Shown one piece after another: positions 30,106 to 37,688 of a stretch of 64,000 nt of DNA (its first letter is position 1; each line of letters starts with the position of its first letter). The notes beneath the pieces were generated by a model. It had not been told where the DNA came from, did not search any database, and saw nothing but the letters and a program-made list of their open reading frames with translations. The DNA comes from Candidatus Latescibacterota bacterium (GTDB taxonomy: Bacteria > Latescibacterota > UBA2968 > UBA8231): the NCBI GenBank assembly GCA_965217585.1, contig OZ244561.1, positions 672,001 to 736,000 on the forward strand. Direction: 5' to 3'. Position numbers and translations under genes: made by a program.

Positions 30106-31004
30106 GTGAGGCCTGCTCGATCGCCACCCGCAAGCGCTATGGGCTCCAGCGGGTCTGTCGGATTTGGCGCGTACCCCGTTCGACGCTCTACGCCCAGCGC
30201 CGAGCGGCCGCGGCCATCGGCGCGACCGGCAAAAGAGGGCCGATGGGTCCGTGCTCGGATCCGGTTTTGGTCGATCATATCCGCCACGTGTTGGCCGCCT
30301 CGCCTTTTCATGGCGAAGGCTATCGCAAGGTGTGGGCTAGGCTGCGCTTGCAGGGGCTGCGTACGTCCAAAGAGCGGGTACGGCGGCTGATGCGCGAACA
30401 CGGTTTGCAGGCCCCGCAGCGGAGGGGGTATCCTCCCGGTCTGCCCGTCCACGACGGGACGATTATCACCGATCAGCCGGACGTAATGTGGGGCACAGAC
30501 GCGACGACAACGAGGACTCACAAGCAAGGCCCAGCCCATGTCTTTGTCTGTGTCGATCACTGCACCTTTGAATGCATCGGGATTCATGCCTCGGCGCACG
30601 GCCATCGGTTGGAAGCCTTGGAACCGATTCGGCAAGGCATCCGCCAACACATGGGCGGCTATGCCGCGCAGCGGGCGGCGGGGCTGGCCGTGCGGCACGA
30701 TCATGGCTCGATCTACGTATCGGATGACTTCCAAAACGAATTGAATTTTCTGGGCATCGAATCGTCGCCCTCCTTCGTGCGACAGCCCCAAGGCAACGGA
30801 TGCGTCGAGCGCTTTATTGGCCTACTCAAGGAGAACCTCTTGGGGGTGCATACCTTTTCCACCATTGAAGCGCTTCGGTTGGCCCTACTTGCATTCAAAA
30901 AGTGCTACAATCAGCAGTGGATCCTGCAACGCCACGGCTATAAAACCCCCGCCCAAGTACGACAGGAAAAACGTCCTACCCAGTACGCGGTGGCGGCTGG
31001 ATGA
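30102..31004 (+). CDS. IS OrfB DDE transposase (rve integrase core)
   Basis: GYRKVWARL, WGTD, RHDHGSIY, PQGNGCVERF, GYKTPAQ; ATGA overlap with orfA. Confidence 0.93.
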   Translation: MSEACSIATRKRYGLQRVCRIWRVPRSTLYAQRRAAAAIGATGKRGPMGPCSDPVLVDHIRHVLAASPFHGEGYRKVWARLRLQGLRTSKERVRRLMREHGLQAPQRRGYPPGLPVHDGTIITDQPDVMWGTDATTTRTHKQGPAHVFVCVDHCTFECIGIHASAHGHRLEALEPIRQGIRQHMGGYAAQRAAGLAVRHDHGSIYVSDDFQNELNFLGIESSPSFVRQPQGNGCVERFIGLLKENLLGVHTFSTIEALRLALLAFKKCYNQQWILQRHGYKTPAQVRQEKRPTQYAVAAG

Positions 31005-31041
31005 AACCCAAATCCGTGTCCAAATACTCTAAGGCTTTACA

Positions 31042-31055
31042 GTTTTTCTGCTTAG
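31042..31055 (+). repeat. Right copy of the 14-bp direct repeat GTTTTTCTGCTTAG
   Basis: Identical to 29689..29702. Confidence 0.85.
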
Positions 31056-31240
31056 TTTGACGAGTCTCTCTCTTTTTTAATGATGTGCTTGGTTTGATCA
31101 TCTACAGGCTTGGGATGTCCTTCTTCAGCGGCGGGAAAGGATTGTCTCTAGGACCTGCAGACCAATTTAGAGAAATTAACTGGTCGTTCTCCGATTTGGA
31201 GGGAGGCCTTGAACGAAATTCTCTATAGAATCTAAATGAT

Positions 31241-34200
31241 ATGGGATTGAAAATGAAGAATTTTACCAGAATTCGGCTAGCTCTTTGTTTTTTTAGTTCT
31301 GGCGCTACCACGCTAGCACTTGAAATTGTTTGGTCCAAGGAATTATCCTATATATTGGGTAATACGTATTATGCAGTAGCTACGGTAGTTGCCGCGTTTA
31401 TGACGGGGCTTGCAATCGGCAGCGCCCTGGCTGGTCGGTACGGAAGCAAGGTAAAATATCCAATAAAAGCATATGCCTTAATGGAGTTCGCCATAGCAAT
31501 ATGTGGCATTTGTTCAATCTGGGTCCTGCGATCCACTCCACCTTTGTTTGACGCACTATATTCTTGGATAGGTACCTCCCAACTCATCTTCTTAAGTGTG
31601 CGTTTTTTGCTCGTTTTTCTCTTAATGCTAATTCCCGTGACACTTATGGGCATGACGCTACCTGTTGTTGTTGGAGCTTCTAGCCGAGGCAAGAAATATT
31701 TCGACTTTGATGCCGGACTATTCTATGGTCTTAATACCTTAGGTGCTGTAGTGGGAACTTTGATTGCTGGATTCTTCTTGATGCAAGCCTTTGGTTTGGC
31801 AAAGGCTTGTACAATTATAGGAGTGACAGATTTTATTATCGGAATCTACGTAGTGTATTTACATATGAAATCATTAGATCTTGCCGCAGAATCCAAAATT
31901 TATGCCGCTCCCAATCGTCAGTCTTCCAAGCAAAAAGGGGTTACCCAAACACAAAAGATTATCAGTATTGTTTTCTTGATTTCTGGTTTTTTTGCACTGG
32001 TTTATGAAATAAGTTGGTTTCGCTTATTGGTATCTGTTCTGGGTCCTTCGGTTCATTCTTTTTCAATGATGTTAGCCGTATTTTTGATAGGTATTGGCCT
32101 TGGTAGCACCACTGGTACCTGGATAACAGGTAAAATCAGTCTTAAAAACGTTTTAATCGCCATGGCGGGTCTCGAAATATTTATAGGCCTAGGCACTTTA
32201 CTTACGATTCCCTTTTACGATCTGCTTCCAGAATTTTATGTCCGACTGTTTGTAGAATTAGCTGATTCAAAACCAAATCTAGTATATATACTCGCTCAAA
32301 GTCTAATAACTGCTATTGTTGTTTTGCCTGGAACCTTTATTATGGGTTTAATATTTCCAATTACTATAAAAGCGTATCAGGCATCTTCAAAAGACCGTGA
32401 GATCCCGGAGGCTACAATTGGCAAACTGTACCTATTCAATACGTTGGGTGCTATTACCGGGAGCTTAATTACAGGTTTCTATCTAGTTCCAATACTTGGT
32501 TTTTATAACGCGATCTTGTTGGCTAGTTTTGGAAGTGTTCTACTTGGTTGCATTTTAGTGGCGGCAGGTGTTAAATCGAGTCGTCCCTATTTTAAGATCC
32601 AATGGATTACTGGAAGTCTGGCGATTAGTTTGAGTATTATACTCGCTGTTCCAGAACCCGATGCTCGGGAACTAAACTCTGGACTCTGGTATAAAATGTC
32701 TAGCAAAAAAAGAACACATTATATTTTGCATGAGCGGGATAAAGAAAAAGAAAAGGAGTTACAGCCCATCTATTATAAAGATGGTATAAACACCGCAGTT
32801 TCTATATTGCCCGATATTTCGGGTTATATTGCGCTGATGGTCTCAAATAAGCCGGTGGCAAGTTCGGGATTGCAGGATCAAATTCACCTTTACCTTATAG
32901 GTCATCTGCCTGCATTATTTACAAAAAACTTAAAAGATGTTGCAATTATTGGATTGGGAGCAGGCGTATCAGCAGGAGCGGCCCTCAAGCATCCCTCGGT
33001 TGAATCCGTTGATATCATTGAAATTGAACAAGGTGTCGTTGAAGCATCTGAATATTTTTTTAATATTAACAACAACCCTCTTAAAGATCCTAGGACTAAT
33101 CTGATTATTGAGGACGGGCGCATCCATCTTACATATACCGACAAAAAATACGACCTTATCAGCACAGATCCTATTAGCCCCATTTCCGCCGGTGCCGCTA
33201 ACCTATATACGGCAGATTATTTCGCAATAGTTTCGAAGCGTCTGAAGCCTCAGGGAACTTTTTCCCAATGGATTCCAATGTCAGACATGAGCGAAAAAAG
33301 CTTTAAGAGTATTTTAGCTGCTATAAGTAAAAATTTTGCCTATACTTTAGTTTTTTTGGATGAGTTTGATGCCATTATCATCTCTTCTCACCAGCGATTC
33401 GACATCTCTTGGAAGGACTTTGCTCAGCGTTTTAACGAGCCTGCTGTGCATGAGGATTTCAAATCCTTTAAGATTGATTCTCCATTTGCTTTGCTAGCTT
33501 TTCTTTACGGTGGGCCGGATTCGGTTAAAGATTATGTAAGAAATGCAGAGGTTATAAATAGCGATGATAATGTTTGGCTTGAACGCCAGATGCCTGTTGA
33601 TCTATATACAAACAGAGGTCATTCAGTGTCCAATGATTTAATATCTAACTGGGCAAATAGCCGCTTCAATACATTGATTGATTTAATGCCAGATTTGCCT
33701 GTGTCTGACGTGGTGCAAACTTTCGTAGGAAACTCTGATCTCAATTATTATCGCCCACTTTATATCAGGAGTTGGATGAAAAACTGGTATTTTCCAACCT
33801 ATAAGGCATTAATGGTTTATTTTAACCAGAGGCACGATCAGCAAATGCTGGAAAATATGAAAAAATGGCAAATGGAATTGTTAAATACTCTACGAGAACT
33901 AAGAGCGGAGCAGCGCAAGCTCAATTTAGAACTGACAGGCAAAGAAACAACCTATGGTTTAGCGAAATTATATACTCTTGCTGGAGAAAAGGCGGAGAAA
34001 GAGGGGCATTGCGAACGGGCCGAAAAATTTTACAAAAAAAGTATAGATATTCCGAGAGCACCGACTCATTACCGAACTGTCTTGCAGCTAGCAAGGTTAC
34101 TTAAAAAACAGGGCCGGTTTGACGATGCGTTAGGCTATCTGGAAACATTGAAGAACTACTATCCAGCTAAGTCTGCCGCCTATGCTGAAATCATTAAAAT

Positions 34201-34312
34201 ATATCAAGCGTCGGGAGATTCAGCCGCCGCTAATAAAACGCTTAAGACCGGATTGTTTTTTGTACCTAAGGCTAAAGCTAAAGAACTAGCGCTGCTTGGC
34301 GGAAATAATTAA
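31241..34312 (+). CDS. Fused multi-TM / spermidine-synthase-like SAM-binding protein with C-terminal TPR
   Basis: SGATTLALEIVW and SGFFALVYEISW internal repeats, NTLGA twice, IIGLGAGVS, IEIE, EDGR, DLISTDP; about 40% GC by eye. Confidence 0.9.
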   Translation: MGLKMKNFTRIRLALCFFSSGATTLALEIVWSKELSYILGNTYYAVATVVAAFMTGLAIGSALAGRYGSKVKYPIKAYALMEFAIAICGICSIWVLRSTPPLFDALYSWIGTSQLIFLSVRFLLVFLLMLIPVTLMGMTLPVVVGASSRGKKYFDFDAGLFYGLNTLGAVVGTLIAGFFLMQAFGLAKACTIIGVTDFIIGIYVVYLHMKSLDLAAESKIYAAPNRQSSKQKGVTQTQKIISIVFLISGFFALVYEISWFRLLVSVLGPSVHSFSMMLAVFLIGIGLGSTTGTWITGKISLKNVLIAMAGLEIFIGLGTLLTIPFYDLLPEFYVRLFVELADSKPNLVYILAQSLITAIVVLPGTFIMGLIFPITIKAYQASSKDREIPEATIGKLYLFNTLGAITGSLITGFYLVPILGFYNAILLASFGSVLLGCILVAAGVKSSRPYFKIQWITGSLAISLSIILAVPEPDARELNSGLWYKMSSKKRTHYILHERDKEKEKELQPIYYKDGINTAVSILPDISGYIALMVSNKPVASSGLQDQIHLYLIGHLPALFTKNLKDVAIIGLGAGVSAGAALKHPSVESVDIIEIEQGVVEASEYFFNINNNPLKDPRTNLIIEDGRIHLTYTDKKYDLISTDPISPISAGAANLYTADYFAIVSKRLKPQGTFSQWIPMSDMSEKSFKSILAAISKNFAYTLVFLDEFDAIIISSHQRFDISWKDFAQRFNEPAVHEDFKSFKIDSPFALLAFLYGGPDSVKDYVRNAEVINSDDNVWLERQMPVDLYTNRGHSVSNDLISNWANSRFNTLIDLMPDLPVSDVVQTFVGNSDLNYYRPLYIRSWMKNWYFPTYKALMVYFNQRHDQQMLENMKKWQMELLNTLRELRAEQRKLNLELTGKETTYGLAKLYTLAGEKAEKEGHCERAEKFYKKSIDIPRAPTHYRTVLQLARLLKKQGRFDDALGYLETLKNYYPAKSAAYAEIIKIYQASGDSAAANKTLKTGLFFVPKAKAKELALLGGNN

Positions 34313-34344
34313 CGGGAGTTTTTTTGCTATCATAATAATTTTTC

Positions 34345-34375
34345 TTGACCCCCCAAGGCTCATATATTAATAATT
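34345..34375 (+). promoter_or_regulatory. Putative promoter, homologous to the promoter at 36508
   Basis: TTGACCccccAAGGCTCATATATTAATAAT versus TTGCTCctcacAAGACTCATATATATAAT. Confidence 0.55.
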
Positions 34376-34401
34376 AAGGAATAAGGCAAAGTTTAGTTTT
34401 T

Positions 34402-34432
34402 GGGGCGAAATTATATAGTTTCGCCCCTTTTT
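34402..34432 (+). terminator. Terminator-like hairpin in the leader of the 656-aa gene (copy 1)
   Basis: GGGGCGAAA-ttatatag-TTTCGCCCC-TTTTT; homologous to 37626..37662. Confidence 0.7.
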
Positions 34433-34455
34433 AACCCGACCCGGAAAAAACAGAC

Positions 34456-36426
34456 ATGCTTTTATCCCAATCGACAGGTTATTTTGTCCTTGCGTTGCTG
34501 GGCTTGGCCCTGTTTTCGACGAAGGCTTCCGGCGTCATTATCTACCGAGTCGGCACCCCGTTTGCCGCAGCGGAGAAGGACAGCCTCCAGGACCTGGGGA
34601 TCGACTTTAGAGAAATCAGCTGGTCGTTTTCGGCGCTGGAGGAAGGCCTCGAAGTAGACTCTTTAAGCGCCGGCTCCCTGCAACCCAATTTCTTCGATGA
34701 GGACGAGAATATCGCCCGGACCGCCCTGCTCAGAGGTGGTCGGATAAGCATAAATATCACGGGGCAGGAAAATACCCTATTAGCACAGGTGCTCCTGGAT
34801 GGAGATCCGAGTACGGCTTATGTGTGGCCGGAGGCCACTGGAGTCGCAACGAGGAGCGCCAGGGTAACCCTTGATCTGGGCGGAAAATTCCTCGTCAAGA
34901 AGGTGGGTTTCCGCCCCTTGGCGGAAAATCCGGGACGCTTTATAGAGAACTTCGGGGTTGGTATCGGCAATGAGCTCAAGAACACCTCTTGCGGGCAATG
35001 TATTGCGAGTCTCCCATTGGCAAATATTCAAAAACTGGGCGGCATAGCCTCGGGGCCGAGGATAAACGAGAACACAGATCCTGAGGTCACGGCGCTCCTC
35101 AATCCGCCGGATGGGGTGGAGATCCGCTTTCTCCAACTACATATTGACCGCGTAACCCCCAAGGCGATAGAGCTAGCCGCATTCGAGGTCTTTGGCGGCG
35201 GTTTCGTCAACCAAGCCTCCTATCTATCCGACATCATCGAGCTGGACGACCTCGCCAGTTGGGGCCCCATCTCCTGGTCGGGACGGCAGGATCCCAACGC
35301 CCGGATCGATATCCGCACCCGAACGGGTGCCGACCTGCAGCCGGATATCTTCTGGGAAGCCCGCCCCGAACACCAAGACAGCGTAAAGTACCTCCAAGGC
35401 GGGGGCACCCTCACAGCGAAGGACTACAAAACCCGCTACAACCGGCTCCCCGATGTGTTCAAGCCGGTAGAGCAACGCAACCGGGTCAGTCCCGATACGG
35501 AAAACTGGAGCTTCTGGTCGAGCCCCTACGATTTTGGCAAACCCGGTGCCGATGTGGTCTCTCCCAGTTCGCGCCAATTCATTCAACTCAGCGCCGATTT
35601 TACCTCCACTACCGAGGATGGGGGCAAAATCGACTATATCGAATTCAAAGCCTCCGTGCCACCGGCCGTGCGCGGGATCGTGGGTGAGATCTTCCCGCCC
35701 GAGACCCAGATCGGCGAGGTGACCCAGTTCACCTATTTCATCAAGCCGACCATTCGGGCGGGCGATCAGGGCTTTGACAGCGTGGAGATTGCCACCCCGT
35801 CGGGGTTTACCTCGGTGGATTCGCTGCGCATAGAGGGGGTTGATCAGGCCGATTTCACCTGGACGCCCCAGCCGGACGGACTGGGCTTTGAAGTGCAGTT
35901 GCCGCGCAAGCTAGGGCCAACCGACAGCGGGGCAGTTCTGGAGGTGGTATTCAAGGCCCCGGTGTTGAGAGAAGTGGGCACCTTTTTTGACGGTCGGGTG
36001 TTCGACAGTGCGAAACCGCACGAGGTGCGGCAGCAGATAGAGCCGGGCAATGCCGCTGATGAGGCCGAGAGCGAGCTGCTTTCGGTGAGAACGTCCGTGG
36101 GTCGATCCTTGTTGTTCGCGCCCCGGGTTTTTCCCCGCATCTTTACCCCCAACGGCGATGCCATCAACGAGGTATTGAATATCTCCTACACTCTCTTGCG
36201 GGTCACGGCACCCGTGCCGGTCTCGGTAGCGATCTACGATCTTTCCGGTGCCCTGATAAAGCAGGTGTACGCGGGGGATGACTCCGTTGGCGAGTACGCC
36301 CGAACCTGGGACGGCACCGATGGTTCCAACCGTCGGGTGGTGCCGGGGATCTATCTATATCGCCTAGCCGTGGATCTGCACGCAGAGACGGAAATCAGCA
36401 GCGGTATTATCTCTGTGGTCTATTAG
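34456..36426 (+). CDS. Secreted modular protein with F5/8-C-like domain and FlgD/T9SS-type-B-like C-terminal domain (paralog A)
   Basis: Signal peptide; LLDGDPST...LDLG; WSFWS..Y...SP; GEIFP; FTPNGDAINE...IYDLSG...WDGTD...PGIYLY...VVY*. Confidence 0.85.
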   Translation: MLLSQSTGYFVLALLGLALFSTKASGVIIYRVGTPFAAAEKDSLQDLGIDFREISWSFSALEEGLEVDSLSAGSLQPNFFDEDENIARTALLRGGRISINITGQENTLLAQVLLDGDPSTAYVWPEATGVATRSARVTLDLGGKFLVKKVGFRPLAENPGRFIENFGVGIGNELKNTSCGQCIASLPLANIQKLGGIASGPRINENTDPEVTALLNPPDGVEIRFLQLHIDRVTPKAIELAAFEVFGGGFVNQASYLSDIIELDDLASWGPISWSGRQDPNARIDIRTRTGADLQPDIFWEARPEHQDSVKYLQGGGTLTAKDYKTRYNRLPDVFKPVEQRNRVSPDTENWSFWSSPYDFGKPGADVVSPSSRQFIQLSADFTSTTEDGGKIDYIEFKASVPPAVRGIVGEIFPPETQIGEVTQFTYFIKPTIRAGDQGFDSVEIATPSGFTSVDSLRIEGVDQADFTWTPQPDGLGFEVQLPRKLGPTDSGAVLEVVFKAPVLREVGTFFDGRVFDSAKPHEVRQQIEPGNAADEAESELLSVRTSVGRSLLFAPRVFPRIFTPNGDAINEVLNISYTLLRVTAPVPVSVAIYDLSGALIKQVYAGDDSVGEYARTWDGTDGSNRRVVPGIYLYRLAVDLHAETEISSGIISVVY

Positions 36427-36464
36427 GAGGTAGAATTGCTAAACTCAGTGCAAACAAATAAATA

Positions 36465-36484
36465 GGCCACTTAAGGTGGTTTTT
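36465..36484 (+). terminator. Weak intrinsic terminator after paralog A
   Basis: GGCCAC-ttaag-GTGGTT followed by a T-run. Confidence 0.45.
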
Positions 36485-36507
36485 AAAAACTTAGTTTAAT
36501 TTTTTTG

Positions 36508-36552
36508 TTGCTCCTCACAAGACTCATATATATAATAAGGCTTATATATATG
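36508..36552 (+). promoter_or_regulatory. Strong sigma70-type promoter with overlapping inverted repeat
   Basis: TTGCTC (36508-13), 17 bp, TATAAT (36531-36); AT-rich UP-like region upstream; CATATATATAA-taaggc-TTATATATATG (36525-36552). Confidence 0.75.
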
Positions 36553-36663
36553 GTTTGTACTTTTGCTACCTCCCCGAACATCTGAAAGGAGGTGAGGTTT
36601 AGGAGGAGTAAAAAGTAGCGCTTGCCAAAGTTCCGCACTCATTCAACGGAGGATTTTATTAAG

Positions 36664-37593
36664 ATGAAGAAAACCATGACTTTAGTATTTTTGGTGCTAG
36701 GCTTTGTGCTCTTCACCTTCTCAGTAAGCTCGGCTCACCTGCGGCCAGATGTGAATTTTGCTGCGGTACAGGTGCCCATTGGGGTCGCCGGTATCCAAGA
36801 CTATGTACCAGACGGCGATCTCAGCGAGTGGGAAAACATCCCCTCGATCTTCTGGGTGACCCACGATGATCTGGTAGAAACCGTCAGAAACATCGGAGAT
36901 CCGGATGCCTCTAATCTTGCCGTGAGAGTTATTGTCGGGTGGCACCCGGACACGGACCAGATCATCATGATGGAGGACAGGTTCGACGACGCCTTTTTTG
37001 GCACCCATGATGGTTACCAAGAGACGATCGAGTTTGTCATCGATACCGATCACAGTGCAGATCCTCAGTTCTTCAACGTGCAAGATATCGGTCTCGATCC
37101 GGACAGGTACTCTGGTGCTCTGACGCAGAATTACCGCTACCAGCTATGGAATGAGCCACCAGCGGATTTGTGGCTTTGGGGTGGAGCGCCGTGGGCTGGC
37201 GTGCCTCCCTATGCTGGACTCGGCTGGAGTTTTGACGGCGACCTGAATGGTGGGTCGGGCAACCTGAGCATGGAGATGTACATGACCGCGTTCGATGATT
37301 TGCCCAATCCGAGCACCGGTCCCGACAGTCCGGAAGTGCTCTTCCACGATTTAGTGGAGGGCGAAATCATCGGCCTAGGCTTTGCCCTTCAGGACGCAGA
37401 TGATCCGGAATCGAGCCGTTACAACGGCTATTGGACGAACGGCGGCGACACCGAACTCTACATCAAGGCGACCTCATTGGTCGACTACACGCTGCTTGGC
37501 TGGAATGCCGGTCTATGGGTAGAAGGAGATGACACGGCCTCATCAGTTGAGTCCGATTCTTGGGGCCGCATAAAGTCGACCTTTACCCACTAA
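36664..37593 (+). CDS. Secreted acidic DOMON/CBM9-like protein with C-terminal 'VESDSWGRIK' motif
   Basis: Signal peptide (VSSA), DGDLSEW, IEFVIDTDHS, GEIIGLGFALQDAD; ends TASSVESDSWGRIKSTFTH; SD GGAGGA before ATG 36664. Confidence 0.8.
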   Translation: MKKTMTLVFLVLGFVLFTFSVSSAHLRPDVNFAAVQVPIGVAGIQDYVPDGDLSEWENIPSIFWVTHDDLVETVRNIGDPDASNLAVRVIVGWHPDTDQIIMMEDRFDDAFFGTHDGYQETIEFVIDTDHSADPQFFNVQDIGLDPDRYSGALTQNYRYQLWNEPPADLWLWGGAPWAGVPPYAGLGWSFDGDLNGGSGNLSMEMYMTAFDDLPNPSTGPDSPEVLFHDLVEGEIIGLGFALQDADDPESSRYNGYWTNGGDTELYIKATSLVDYTLLGWNAGLWVEGDDTASSVESDSWGRIKSTFTH

Positions 37594-37625
37594 GGATTAA
37601 TGTTTGGGAGGGTAAAGCTTAGTTT

Positions 37626-37662
37626 GGGGGGCGAAATTATAGTAGTTTCGCCCCCCTTTTTT
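37626..37662 (+). terminator. Intrinsic terminator between the DOMON-like gene and paralog A' (copy 2)
   Basis: GGGGGGCGAAA-ttatagtag-TTTCGCCCCCC-TTTTTT. Confidence 0.8.
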
Positions 37663-37688
37663 AATAACCTAGACCGACAAGAACAGGT

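Larger units (their letters stand above)
29703..31041 (+). mobile_element. IS3-family-like insertion sequence (1339 bp), apparently intact
   Basis: TG...CA ends; imperfect IRs TGGCTAGCCCTAGGGTTATCTTGGACAC and reverse-complemented right end TGTAAAGCCTTAGAGTATTTGGACAC; orfA + orfB; flanked by a 14-bp direct repeat. Confidence 0.9.
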
